A stretch of DNA of 50,883 bases. It comes from Candidatus Troglogloeales bacterium. Lineage in GTDB: Bacteria; Nitrospirota; Nitrospiria; SBBL01; SBBA01. The stretch is taken from positions 1 to 50,883 of the forward strand of contig SBBA01000218.1 of assembly GCA_005239925.1 (NCBI GenBank). Direction: 5' to 3'. This document shows positions 21,814-31,199 of the stretch, piece by piece (the first letter of the stretch is position 1; each line of letters starts with the position of its first letter). A program made the translations under genes and the position numbers. The notes below the pieces were generated by a model. That model was not told where the DNA came from. It worked only from the letters and a program-made list of their open reading frames with translations, and did no database searches.

Positions 21814-22218
21814 ATGGATTACGTTTTTTTGCCCGTAGACAGTGAATTTATCAGTACGCCATCCCGATATCGGTTTGCCATTCTTGCCGCGCAGCGCGCG
21901 CGACAAATTATGGAGGGCGATAAGCCTACGGTGAAGACGCGGCACGTCAAACCGACAACGGTTGCCATGGAAGATATTGTCCGTGGGGAATTGAATGTCT
22001 ATGAGGGTAAGGAGGCAGTGCGGTATCAGGAAGAGGCCGCGCGTGCCCGTAAAGATAGAAAAAGCCGATACCTCTCCCCAGAGCGTGAAGAAGAGCTAAG
22101 GAAAGAAATTAAAAAAGATTTAAGCGTATACATTTCAGAAACGGAATCGGGCCGGGACGCGGGGGAAGATACAGATACAATAACGGATACGGAGACAGCA
22201 GAAGCCGACGAATCATAA
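21814..22218 (+). CDS. rpoZ: DNA-directed RNA polymerase subunit omega with long acidic C-terminal tail
   Basis: SRYRFAILAAQRARQIMEG core. 134 aa versus the usual 70-90. Tail ...GRDAGEDTDTITDTETAEADES. Confidence 0.85.
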   Translation: MDYVFLPVDSEFISTPSRYRFAILAAQRARQIMEGDKPTVKTRHVKPTTVAMEDIVRGELNVYEGKEAVRYQEEAARARKDRKSRYLSPEREEELRKEIKKDLSVYISETESGRDAGEDTDTITDTETAEADES

Positions 22219-22225
22219 GGTTCCT

Positions 22226-23467
22226 ATGCAGCGGCTATCCGGAAAGAAAATTCTTTTTGGTATTACGGGAAGCATTGCGGCCTACAAATCAATTCAGCTG
22301 GTTCGAGATTTAACTGCCGCGGGGGCTGAGGTGCAAGTTGTCCTTACCCCCGCAGCACACCAGTTTGTTCCTCCCCTTACCTTACAAATTTTCTCTAAAA
22401 ATAATGTCTACAGCGATCTATTCGCGTCCCGCACCGATGTCCTGCATGTTACCCTGGCTTCGGGATTTGACCTCAATCTTATTGCGCCCGTTACAGCCAA
22501 TTTTATAGCAAAGATGGCCACGGGTATGGCCGATAATCTCCTAAGCACGATTCTTTTATCCTCGTCTGCGCCGGTATTGATCGCGCCAGCAATGGATTTA
22601 GGGATGTGGGATCACCCTGCCGTTCAGAGGAACGTTGCCCTTCTCAAAGAGCGAGGATGTATCATTCTTGATCCGGAGTCGGGCCCCCTGGCCTCGGGAC
22701 TATCAGGTATCGGCCGCATGACCGATCCCCAGAACATTTTCGATAAGACGGTATCTTTGTTACAGGGTTCTCCTCAAACAAAAAAAGACAAGGAAGCCGC
22801 TCCGCTATCCGGAGAGGTTGTTCTTGTAACGGCGGGGCCGACAAGGGAGGCGATTGATCCGGTGCGGTTTATCTCTAATCGGTCTTCCGGAAAAATGGGG
22901 TATGCCCTTGCCCACATGGCCCATGAAATGGGGGCAAGGGTTATTCTCATTAGTGGACCGACGTCACTTCCTGTACCCCAAGGAGTTGAATCGGTATTTG
23001 TGCAGTCTACTGCAGAAATGAAGACGGAGATAGAACGAGTTGTTTCATCTGCATCCATTGTTATTATGTCTGCTGCGGTGAGCGACTATACGCCTTTAGA
23101 CCGATCCAATCAAAAATTAAAAAGAGGGCCTAAGTTGCTGCGATTGATACCGACTGACGATCTTCTCAAAGGGATTGCCAAACAAAAAGGCCAGAAGTTT
23201 CTGGTTGGTTTTGCGGCGGAAACAGAGAATCTTCACAAGAATGCCTGGGCCAAACTTAAGGCAAAGGGACTTGATCTGATTGTAGCCAACGACGTTACAC
23301 AGGAAGGGGCTGGTTTTGATGTCGACACCAATATCGTTAAGATGATTGATGCGACGGGTCAACACACATCACTTCCGAAGATGCACAAGTTGGAGGTTGC
23401 CCGTCATATTCTTAACGAGGTGATTCGCTTAAAAAGTAGGGCCAAAACGGTAAAAATTAAAATGTAG
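22226..23467 (+). CDS. coaBC: bifunctional phosphopantothenoylcysteine decarboxylase / synthetase
   Basis: GITGSIAAYKS flavoprotein N-domain and SSGKMGYALA CoaB domain. Confidence 0.95.
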   Translation: MQRLSGKKILFGITGSIAAYKSIQLVRDLTAAGAEVQVVLTPAAHQFVPPLTLQIFSKNNVYSDLFASRTDVLHVTLASGFDLNLIAPVTANFIAKMATGMADNLLSTILLSSSAPVLIAPAMDLGMWDHPAVQRNVALLKERGCIILDPESGPLASGLSGIGRMTDPQNIFDKTVSLLQGSPQTKKDKEAAPLSGEVVLVTAGPTREAIDPVRFISNRSSGKMGYALAHMAHEMGARVILISGPTSLPVPQGVESVFVQSTAEMKTEIERVVSSASIVIMSAAVSDYTPLDRSNQKLKRGPKLLRLIPTDDLLKGIAKQKGQKFLVGFAAETENLHKNAWAKLKAKGLDLIVANDVTQEGAGFDVDTNIVKMIDATGQHTSLPKMHKLEVARHILNEVIRLKSRAKTVKIKM

Positions 23468-23559
23468 GGACAGCCCCCTGTGGCCGCCCGATAAACACAC
23501 CCTTTATCCCTTCTTTTTGGAGGGAGAAAGATAAAAGGAAAGTCTCAAGCCAATCTATT

Positions 23560-24963
23560 ATGATCATTCCGCTCCTTCTGACCAGCCTCATCTCCGCACT
23601 GATTGCCGCGACACTGGGTTGGGTTATCAGTCAGTCGAGAACCAAGACAAAAATGGAAGAGGCCGTCAGGGTCAGTGAGGCGGATGCCGCCGCCGCAAAG
23701 GCCCTGGAGGAAGAGGTTCGGCGTCAAAGTGATTTAATAAAAGATGAACTGGTTGCCTTGCAGGAGCAATTCAGGGAGGCCGAAAAGGGGAGAATTTCTG
23801 CAGAAACTCATGCCCAAGAATCCGAAAAAAACTTGGCCGAGCAGAAGGCCCTTTTAGAAGAGGCAAAGGCCAAGCTTTCCGACACGTTTCGGGCCTTGGC
23901 GGCAGAGGTGCTTGCCGGAAATAACTCTAGCTTTCTTACGTTAGCACAAGAAAAATTTAAGACGATTAAGGAAGAGGCCGCGGTTGATCTTGATACTCGA
24001 AAAAAAGCGGTGGATGCCGTAATTGGCCCCCTTTCTGAAACCTTGTTGATTTATCAAAAGGAAACCAAGGCGCTGGAAGAGCGACTCCTTCGTGAGCAGG
24101 GTGCGGTCAGTGAGCAACTTAAGGCGTCGGCCTTAACGCAGGCGGCGCTTCAATCCGAGACAACCAAGTTGGTACAGGCCTTAAGGCCCCATCAGATACG
24201 AGGCCGATGGGGTGAAATTACGTTACGCCGTACGGTGGAATTGGCTGGCATGTCCCCTCATTGTGACTTTGTAGAACAGGAAAGTGTTGAGACCGAGCAT
24301 GGACGGCTTCGGCCCGACATGGTGATTAAACTCCCTATGGGCCGTGAAATTGTTGTGGACTCCAAGGTGCCACTGAGTGGTTTTTTGGAGGCCTTGGAGG
24401 TGAAGACAGAAGAAGAACGCACTGCCGCGCTAACCAAATATGCCCGTCAGGTGCATCAGCGCGTTACCGAGCTTTCATCGAAAGAGTATTGGACGCAATT
24501 TGCCTCTTCACCGGAGTTTGTCGTCCTTTTTATGCCCAACGATTCTTTCCTTTCTGCGGCGGTAGAACGGGATTCCAGCCTCATGGAATCGGCCATTACA
24601 AAAAAGGTGGTGATTGCCACGCCCATCACATTAATTGCGTTGTTGCATGCGATTGCGTATGGATGGCGGCAGCAACAGGTGGCCGAGAATGCCCAACAGA
24701 TCAGCGCCCTGGCGCAGGACCTGTCGGATCGCGTGGCTACGTTTGTGGAATATCTGCAAAAGGTGGGTGGGGCGATGGGTAAAGCGGTGGAGTCATATAA
24801 TGCAGCGGTGGCTTCATTTGAAACCAGAATTCTTCCTGCGGCCAGAAAATTCAAGACGCTGGGAGCCAACGGCAAGAAGGAGATAGAGACCATTATCCCC
24901 ATTGGCCAAATCCCTCGGCTAACCAGCGTACCGACTGATGCCCCGTTAAAAGAGAAGCCCTGA
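23560..24963 (+). CDS. rmuC: DNA recombination protein RmuC
   Basis: N-terminal TM and long coiled coil, then the RmuC nuclease-like core (RPDMVIKLPMGREIVVDSKVPL). Confidence 0.85.
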   Translation: MIIPLLLTSLISALIAATLGWVISQSRTKTKMEEAVRVSEADAAAAKALEEEVRRQSDLIKDELVALQEQFREAEKGRISAETHAQESEKNLAEQKALLEEAKAKLSDTFRALAAEVLAGNNSSFLTLAQEKFKTIKEEAAVDLDTRKKAVDAVIGPLSETLLIYQKETKALEERLLREQGAVSEQLKASALTQAALQSETTKLVQALRPHQIRGRWGEITLRRTVELAGMSPHCDFVEQESVETEHGRLRPDMVIKLPMGREIVVDSKVPLSGFLEALEVKTEEERTAALTKYARQVHQRVTELSSKEYWTQFASSPEFVVLFMPNDSFLSAAVERDSSLMESAITKKVVIATPITLIALLHAIAYGWRQQQVAENAQQISALAQDLSDRVATFVEYLQKVGGAMGKAVESYNAAVASFETRILPAARKFKTLGANGKKEIETIIPIGQIPRLTSVPTDAPLKEKP

Positions 24964-25093
24964 CAGGCAAAGCTTGTTGTTAAAGAATCGGTCTTTTTTA
25001 TTTGACAACAGAGCCGCTCTCTATATAGATTGACTGGACTAGAGGGCAACCCATTTTAAATAATCACACAGTATAAAAAAGGAGGAAAAGCCG

Positions 25094-26278
25094 ATGAGAG
25101 CAAAAACATTAAGAAAAATTGGGGCATGGATTATTAGCGTCATCTTACTCTTACCGATTTACCCCATTCATGCCGCAGAAGGGACGCTCTGTAACTTGGA
25201 GAGTGGCACCTGTGGCGTCGGGATGGCGGTAAAAGGTTCCGATCAAGCACCGGTCACCATCATTGCCTATACCGATTTCCTTTCGCCGGTATCAAGCAAA
25301 GCGGTGACCACACTCTATACGATGATGAAGTCGTATCCGGATGATATTCGAGTCGTATTAAAACACTATCCGTCTCTAACAAACGACGAATCGCTCCTGG
25401 CCCATGAGGCCGCAGTAGCTGCGGAGACCCAGGGGAAATTCTGGGAGATGCACGACCAGCTTCTGACGCATCAGGGGAAATTAACCCAGGAAACATTGCA
25501 AGGGTTTGCCCGTCAGATTAAACTTGACATCCAAAAATTTCAAAAAACGCTGGAAACCCATTCCTACAAAAAGATTATTCTGAAACAGGTGCAGGAAGCA
25601 AAGGGATTTGGCGTCACCACCGCACCGACATTTTTTGTAAACGGTCAGAAGTTGGTTGGGGCACGTTCTTTAGAAAACTTTAAACAGGCGATTGACGTGG
25701 CATTAGGCATTGCCCCGCCCTCACCCAGTCAGCCGGTTGTTGCCCCTCCTGCTCCTGCGGCCATCGTTAAGATTGATTCCAAGGAGTCGGCTTCAATCGG
25801 TCCGGATGACGCTCCGGTGGTTATTGTCGAGTATTCTGATTTTCAATGCCCTTTCTGTGCACGGGTTGTTCCGACGCTCAAAAAGATCACCGAGAAATAC
25901 CCGAAGCAGGTTCGGATTGCCTTTAAGCATTTCCCGCTGGATTTTCATCCCAAGGCCAAACCGGCCCACATAGCGGCTATGGCGGCAAAGGAACAGGGAA
26001 AGTTTTGGGAGATGCATGATCGTATTTTTGAGCATCAGAGTGAAATGAGTGAAGAACACCTTGCCGCTTATGCCAAGGAGATCGGTCTTAATATGGATCA
26101 ATTTAAAAAATCGCTGAATAATACCGAGTACCAGAAAGAGATGGAGCAGAATATTGCTGAGGGAAGACAGTTGGGTGTTACCGGGACGCCTACCTTTTTT
26201 GTGAATGGCAAACGTTTGGTTGGGGCCAAACCGTTTGAGGCATTTGTCGAGATTATTGAAGAAGAGTTGAAGAAGTAG
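25094..26278 (+). CDS. secreted tandem DsbA/thioredoxin-fold protein (first domain lacks CxxC)
   Basis: Signal peptide. Two homologous ~170-aa DsbA-like halves joined by a Pro-rich linker. Domain 2 has YSDFQCPFCAR; domain 1 has YTDFLSPVSSK at the same position. Confidence 0.8.
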   Translation: MRAKTLRKIGAWIISVILLLPIYPIHAAEGTLCNLESGTCGVGMAVKGSDQAPVTIIAYTDFLSPVSSKAVTTLYTMMKSYPDDIRVVLKHYPSLTNDESLLAHEAAVAAETQGKFWEMHDQLLTHQGKLTQETLQGFARQIKLDIQKFQKTLETHSYKKIILKQVQEAKGFGVTTAPTFFVNGQKLVGARSLENFKQAIDVALGIAPPSPSQPVVAPPAPAAIVKIDSKESASIGPDDAPVVIVEYSDFQCPFCARVVPTLKKITEKYPKQVRIAFKHFPLDFHPKAKPAHIAAMAAKEQGKFWEMHDRIFEHQSEMSEEHLAAYAKEIGLNMDQFKKSLNNTEYQKEMEQNIAEGRQLGVTGTPTFFVNGKRLVGAKPFEAFVEIIEEELKK

Positions 26279-26346
26279 CCGCCAACGGGCGGCAGCGAAC
26301 GGAGCCCTCCCGTTGGGCGGGACGCCGCCTGCGGTCGGTCTGGGTA
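26276..26346 (+). repeat. family A repeat, copy A5 (left half only)
   Basis: TAG|CCGCCAACGGGCGGCAGCGAACGGAGCCCTCCCGTTGGGCGGGACGCCGCCTGCGGTCGGTCTGGG. The TAG is the stop of the DsbA-like gene. The copy ends 2 nt before the SDR ATG. Confidence 0.75.
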
Positions 26347-26347
26347 T

Positions 26348-27076
26348 ATGGAGATCAAAAACAAAGCGATTTTGATTACAGGGGCGGGGCGACGGATTGG
26401 TAGGGCACTTGCCGTGGCCCTTGCAGCAAAGGGGGCAAAGATTGGCATTCATTATAACCGTTCAAAGGCTGATGCGGAATCTCTTGCCAAAGAGATTGAG
26501 CGTGCCAATGGGCAAGCGACGCTAATCGCCGGGGATATTTCCAATACAGAAGATTGTGCGCGTATCATTGAAGATGCAGTCAAAGGCATGGGTGGTCTTC
26601 AAGCCTTGATTAATAACGCCTCAGTTTTTTTCAAGACCCCCTTGTTTCAGACGACGGAAAAGGAATGGGATCAACTTGTAGATACGAACTTGAAGGGCCC
26701 TTTCTTTTGCTCTCAGGCAGCGGCAAAGGTGCTGCCCGATAACGGCAAGATTATCAATATTGCCGATTGGGCCGCCTTTCGCCCCTATACCGATTATCTT
26801 CCCTATTGCATCTCAAAGGCGGGTCTGATTGCCATGACCGAAGGGTTGGCTCGTACCCTGGCCCCTAAAATTACGGTTAATGCGATCGCGCTGGGGGCGA
26901 TGATTCTGCCGGAAGGATCGGATGATACGGAAAGGGTAAACATCATCAAAAAGACACCCCTCAAACGGATTGGCTCTCCGGACGACGTTGTAAACGCCGT
27001 TCTTTATCTGCTGGAAAGGGGTGACTTTATCACCGGGTCAACTCTGGTGGTAGATGGCGGACAACGGGTTGCGTAA
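26348..27076 (+). CDS. short-chain dehydrogenase/reductase (pteridine reductase/FolM-like)
   Basis: TGAGRRIGRA cofactor motif, NNAS, YxxxK (YCISK). Confidence 0.8.
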   Translation: MEIKNKAILITGAGRRIGRALAVALAAKGAKIGIHYNRSKADAESLAKEIERANGQATLIAGDISNTEDCARIIEDAVKGMGGLQALINNASVFFKTPLFQTTEKEWDQLVDTNLKGPFFCSQAAAKVLPDNGKIINIADWAAFRPYTDYLPYCISKAGLIAMTEGLARTLAPKITVNAIALGAMILPEGSDDTERVNIIKKTPLKRIGSPDDVVNAVLYLLERGDFITGSTLVVDGGQRVA

Positions 27077-27146
27077 GGGCGTTTCTTCTAGAACAGTCAC
27101 AAGATATTCCCTATTATCCTAGTGTAGTGTCGCATAAATAGCTTTA

Positions 27147-27288
27147 GGGCACCTCTAAAAACCGTAGCGAGCGGCCCAAATGCAAGGCGCACGGAGTGCA
27201 GGAACCGCAATGTACGCAGTGTACATGAGGATTCCGAGCACCGCGCAACGCAGTAGTTGGGTCACACAGTAGGTTTTTAGAGGTGCCC
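27147..27288 (+). mobile_element. family B MITE, copy B1
   Basis: GGGCACCTCTAAAAACC...GGTTTTTAGAGGTGCCC, a perfect 17-18 bp terminal inverted repeat. Flanked by TTTA on both sides (27143-27146 and 27289-27292). The interior folds into a long imperfect hairpin. Confidence 0.85.
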
Positions 27289-27311
27289 TTTACTTGCCCT
27301 ACACCTGATTC

Positions 27312-27554
27312 CTACCAGGTTATAATGGTATCTGCACAAAAAATCTTTTCGATCATCTCCTTGTAAGACAGTAGGGGATAATCCGTTCTACCCTTGGCGT
27401 CATCCGCAAGCACGAAAACAGCCATTCCATCTAATTGGACGGACGTTGCATCTTGGATCAGGATGATTTCGATATGGGCTTCTTTGGCCTGATGCCGAAT
27501 AAAATCATTCGGAGCAGGGTTGTTTCGTTTAAGAATGTATAGAATTCGTTTCAT
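27312..27554 (-). CDS. DsrH/TusB-like sulfur relay protein
   Basis: 80 aa; ILIQDA, VFVLADDAKGR and a C-terminal ...DTIITW pattern as in TusB/DsrH. Third gene of an E-F-H-ordered trio. Confidence 0.65.
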   Translation of the reverse strand: MKRILYILKRNNPAPNDFIRHQAKEAHIEIILIQDATSVQLDGMAVFVLADDAKGRTDYPLLSYKEMIEKIFCADTIITW

Positions 27555-27557
27555 GTG

Positions 27558-27902
27558 CTAAAAGGGGATTAAGCATTCTGCCGTCGCAATCTTTTGGGCA
27601 ATCTTGGTTCGATCCAATACCGTAACTTCATATTCACTTTGTAAGTCTAATATTTTGTCATAACTCTCTTGATCAATCAAAAAGACAGATATGAATTTCT
27701 TAAGCATAGCAAGATACTGTTGTGCCATTTCTCCATCAATGGTCTCTTCTATCCTATCCGTTAACAGAAGGGGCGCTTGATTTGCCAAAATAAGACTCAC
27801 TGAATGATTGCATGCAGCCAGGCCTAAGGCAATTCTAACCCCTTCACATGGACGATGACTTTTGATTGGATCTGATTCTATAAAAACAATGATATTTGCC
27901 AT
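27558..27902 (-). CDS. DsrF/TusC-like sulfur relay protein
   Basis: 114 aa; IVFIESDPIKSHRPCEGVRIALGLAA and a C-terminal ...ECLIPF, matching the TusC/DsrF layout. Confidence 0.7.
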   Translation of the reverse strand: MANIIVFIESDPIKSHRPCEGVRIALGLAACNHSVSLILANQAPLLLTDRIEETIDGEMAQQYLAMLKKFISVFLIDQESYDKILDLQSEYEVTVLDRTKIAQKIATAECLIPF

Positions 27903-27915
27903 TATACTTCAACTA

Positions 27916-28233
27916 TCAAGTGAATGTTATAAAGCGATCACATCCCTTGATGAGGTCTGACAGTGCAACTAATCCGGAATAGGCTATTGGGGTGTTATGA
28001 TCGAAGGGAATGCCACGGCGTTGGATACTATAAGCACAAACAAAAAGGTTGACGCCAGATTGGGTCAGAACAGTTATTTCTGGGCAAGATGTACCATGAA
28101 CGCCATCGTCAATTAGGTAGAGATAAGCCTCTATCCCTTGTTGAATTGCCTCCTGGGCTAAATTGACAACAGTTACCCAATTTTTATTCTGAGGTGGGGT
28201 GGCTAACAGTATCCCCAGTTTCTTTTTTTTCAT
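27916..28233 (-). CDS. DsrE/TusD-like sulfurtransferase
   Basis: 105 aa. LFVCAYSIQRRGI aligns with the DsrE/TusD active-site Cys box (ICVAAALRRGV in E. coli TusD). C-terminal GCDRFITF resembles TCDRVVQF. Confidence 0.8.
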   Translation of the reverse strand: MKKKKLGILLATPPQNKNWVTVVNLAQEAIQQGIEAYLYLIDDGVHGTSCPEITVLTQSGVNLFVCAYSIQRRGIPFDHNTPIAYSGLVALSDLIKGCDRFITFT

Positions 28234-28330
28234 CAGTTTTAATCTACCACAGTTACCTTTTTATAGAAAGTGGTGTATACTTAAGGGCGTGGTCTCCGAG
28301 GAGGGAAATCCATTGGGAAAGGAAGCAAAG

Positions 28331-28651
28331 ATGGAAGCTGTTATGGAAAAAGATAGCGATCTCCGTGATAAAATCAAAACTTTTATGGTGAAGTTAGACA
28401 AAATGGAGGAGCGGGTGAAAGAAGTGGAAACCCTTACTTCATCGGTTCCCAAATTGGAAGCCAAACTTTCCAAGGTCATATTGCGGGTTGAAAAGATAGA
28501 GCAACGGGTTGAATCGGATGGTAAGGCGCCTAAACAGGAGGGAAAAACGTTAAATACTCCACCGCCGGTTAAGGCCTTTGTCAGCGGAGCCTCTATCGGA
28601 CTACTTCTGATTGGCGCCATTATCGCAGCCTGGTTTTTGGGGCTCCTTTAG
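28331..28651 (+). CDS. tail-anchored coiled-coil protein, paralogue 1
   Basis: ATG 28331 with an AAGGAAG Shine-Dalgarno (the longer ORF start would overlap dsrE). 106 aa. N-terminal coiled coil (RDKIKTFMVKLDKMEERVKEVE), TPPPVKAF hinge, C-terminal TM helix. Confidence 0.6.
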   Translation: MEAVMEKDSDLRDKIKTFMVKLDKMEERVKEVETLTSSVPKLEAKLSKVILRVEKIEQRVESDGKAPKQEGKTLNTPPPVKAFVSGASIGLLLIGAIIAAWFLGLL

Positions 28652-28676
28652 AGAGTCCGACTCACCTCATTCTTAT

Positions 28677-28836
28677 GGGCGCCTCTAAAAACCGTAATGA
28701 GTGACTCAAGTGCAAGGGCTACTACGCACAGGAGCCCCAATGGTCGCAGTGTACATGAGGATTCCGAGCACCCCAGGCGTCGTTACGCCCGCGCAACGCA
28801 GCAGTTGGGTCGCGCAATCGGTTTTTAGAGATGCCC
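28677..28836 (+). mobile_element. family B MITE, copy B2
   Basis: GGGCGCCTCTAAAAACC...GGTTTTTAGAGATGCCC. Flanks are TTAT and TTAA. The interior aligns with B1 and B3. Confidence 0.85.
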
Positions 28837-28924
28837 TTAAATGTGCTATTAAGAATTGAGGATGAATGGCCGATAAGAGATTGTAGAATAGTGCGTATGT
28901 TTCTATAATCACAAGGAGGAGATT

Positions 28925-29212
28925 ATGGGTGCATCAATCCCTTTAGAGGACGATGTTCGTGATAAGATAAAGACCTTTATGGTTCGGATGGACCAAATGG
29001 AGTCTCGTGTAAAAAGTGTGGAAGCCGTTGCGGCGTCGGTTCCCAAGTTAGAGAAAAAGCTTTTGAGGGTCGAATCGCAGGTTGAGTCTAGGGTATCCAA
29101 TGCAACTTCTTTTAAAACCCCTCCACCGGTAAAGGCCTTTATCAGTGGGGCTTCCATAGGCGTCTTGATTGTCGGCAGCATCGCAGCGGCCTGGCTCCTT
29201 GGCTTCTTTTAG
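28925..29212 (+). CDS. tail-anchored coiled-coil protein, paralogue 2
   Basis: Strong Shine-Dalgarno (AAGGAGGAG); 95 aa. Roughly 60% identical by eye to 28331..28651 (RDKIKTFMVRMDQMESRVKSVE ... TPPPVKAFISGASIG...). Confidence 0.65.
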   Translation: MGASIPLEDDVRDKIKTFMVRMDQMESRVKSVEAVAASVPKLEKKLLRVESQVESRVSNATSFKTPPPVKAFISGASIGVLIVGSIAAAWLLGFF

Positions 29213-29282
29213 ATGAGGCCCGCACTCCATTTCGGCTTAAACCGATTCCTGTAACAACACCCGGATGCTTTAAGCAAAGGGA

Positions 29283-30206
29283 CTAATCCGGTACGGTGTT
29301 GTTTGGAATAGGTGTCAACATCAATCCAATCACCATAAGAATTCCACCGGCAATAAAATATAACGTGAGTTGATCTCCCAAATACAGGTGACTGCACAAA
29401 ACACCAAAGAGGCTGGCCAATACCGTAAAAGAGGCCATCTGAGATGCGCGATACCGCTTCAAAAGAGCCGTTGCAACCGCAAAACAGAAGGCCCCTGCCA
29501 CCATTCCCTGATAGAACAAAGAAAAAAGAAGATAGCCAGGATAAGTCTCTGGAAATGGCTCTCTCAACAGAAAACCCCATAATAGGGTTAGCACTGCTCC
29601 TGCGAACATTTCCCAAAAAACGATCTTAATCGGATCGATTTTATGAATTTGTTTTTTAACAAAGACGATTTTTAGCGCCAGAATCAAGGCGCTTAATAGA
29701 ATCAGGAGGTCTCCCGTTAGAGAAGGCGGATTAACTATTCCACCTGGAGGGTCTAAAGCAATAGTGATGACCCCCAGAAAGGCAAGGATCATTCCTCCTA
29801 TTTTCAGTAGGCTTAAACGATCGTGCAGCAGAAGAAAGTGAGCCAATAGGGCCACAAAGAGGATATGGGTGTTGATAAGAATCACCGCATGAGAGGCCGA
29901 TGTCTTGAAGGCCCCGACATAGAAAAGGCCAATATGGAGTGTAAAGAAAAGACTAATAATAAGATAAATACGATGCGTCCCCAACTCCGGCGTAAAGGAA
30001 CACTTCTTGAAGTACAAATAGGCGTAAAGTGCGCCTGCTGCAAGAAAAAACCGGAACGAGGCCATATAAAGAGGGGCGATTGCATCCGCCCCGACCTTAA
30101 TAAAAACAATATTAGCCCCCCACAGGAAATTGATGGCTACAAGTGAAAATATACAACGGCCATCTACAACCTTCACAAGCCGCTCTTTAAAGTTATTATC
30201 TCCCAT
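29283..30206 (-). CDS. EamA/DMT family transporter
   Basis: 307 aa, about 10 TM segments in two similar halves. Confidence 0.8.
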   Translation of the reverse strand: MGDNNFKERLVKVVDGRCIFSLVAINFLWGANIVFIKVGADAIAPLYMASFRFFLAAGALYAYLYFKKCSFTPELGTHRIYLIISLFFTLHIGLFYVGAFKTSASHAVILINTHILFVALLAHFLLLHDRLSLLKIGGMILAFLGVITIALDPPGGIVNPPSLTGDLLILLSALILALKIVFVKKQIHKIDPIKIVFWEMFAGAVLTLLWGFLLREPFPETYPGYLLFSLFYQGMVAGAFCFAVATALLKRYRASQMASFTVLASLFGVLCSHLYLGDQLTLYFIAGGILMVIGLMLTPIPNNTVPD

Positions 30207-30287
30207 GTCTTATTTTTTGCGTATTTGTCTATAACAAGAGCACAATCCTATCAGCCTTAAGAAGGATATGGAATAACCTTGTATTGG

Positions 30288-31199
30288 TTAATTACTAAGT
30301 TCTTTCAATATCCTCTCTGCGCCATGCCCTAACAATAATTCAGCCACATTAGTTCCTAATATAACAGCTTCACTGGCCAAGGCCGTTTTTTTCTCTCGAA
30401 TGATTTCTGTGCCATCCAGATTGGAAACAAGGGCCTCAATCGAAAGGGTGTCATTGGCTTTTTTTGCAAAAGCCGCAATGGGCACCTGGCAGCCTCCCTC
30501 CAGACGGGCCAATAACGCCCGCTCTGCTTTGATCTCACAGGATGTATCCGGATCATTCAAGAAGGCAATTATTCCCCTTATTTTCTGGTCTGCCGTTCTG
30601 CATTCAATGGCCAATGCCCCCTGACCAATGGCAGGCAGGCTGACGTGCATGGGGATATATTCTGTAATACGATCCCGCCAACCCATGCGATGAAGACCCG
30701 CCGCAGCCAGAATAATCGCATCAATCGCTCCTTCTGAAAGTTTCTTCATACGGGTATTTAGGTTCCCTCGAAGGGGAAGAAAAATCAGATCGGGGCGAGA
30801 TCGTTTTAATTGTGACTGTCGCCGAAGGGAGGAGGTACCAATTCTGCTTCCAGAGGGGAGGTTAGCCCAAGAGATGCCATTGCGTGAAATAAGGGCGTCT
30901 CGTGGATCCTCCCGCTTTGGAATAGCGCCGATGGTCAGTCCATCCGGGATGATGGCAGGCATATCCTTCATGCTATGAACCGCCAGATCGATTTTACCTT
31001 CTAACAGGGCGTCTTCTATCTCCTTTACAAACAGCCCCTTTCCGCCTATCTTTGCCAAAGGCACATCCAGTATCTTATCTCCTTGTGTCTTGATCTTGAT
31101 GATCTCGACCTTCACCCTGCGTTCTGATATTTTTTGAGCCACCCATTCCGTTTGGGTTACGGCCAAAACGGATGCCCTGGTACCAATGCGAACCATCAT
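30288..31199 (-). CDS. hemC: hydroxymethylbilane synthase (porphobilinogen deaminase)
   Basis: RIGTRASVLAVTQTEWV, GDKILD, HSMKDMP, RGNLNTR motifs; ATGA overlap with hemA. Confidence 0.95.
   Translation of the reverse strand: MMVRIGTRASVLAVTQTEWVAQKISERRVKVEIIKIKTQGDKILDVPLAKIGGKGLFVKEIEDALLEGKIDLAVHSMKDMPAIIPDGLTIGAIPKREDPRDALISRNGISWANLPSGSRIGTSSLRRQSQLKRSRPDLIFLPLRGNLNTRMKKLSEGAIDAIILAAAGLHRMGWRDRITEYIPMHVSLPAIGQGALAIECRTADQKIRGIIAFLNDPDTSCEIKAERALLARLEGGCQVPIAAFAKKANDTLSIEALVSNLDGTEIIREKKTALASEAVILGTNVAELLLGHGAERILKELSN

Noticed and set aside
28199-28330. Longer N-terminus (MANSIPSFFFF...) for the first coiled-coil protein
   Set aside because: It would overlap the divergent dsrE start and has no Shine-Dalgarno. 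The internal ATG 28331 has one, and it aligns with the start of the paralogue at 28925.
29209-29616. 135-aa ORF overlapping the EamA transporter gene
   Set aside because: It runs on the same strand but in a different frame within a well-supported 10-TM transporter CDS. Its composition is an artefact of the hydrophobic codons.
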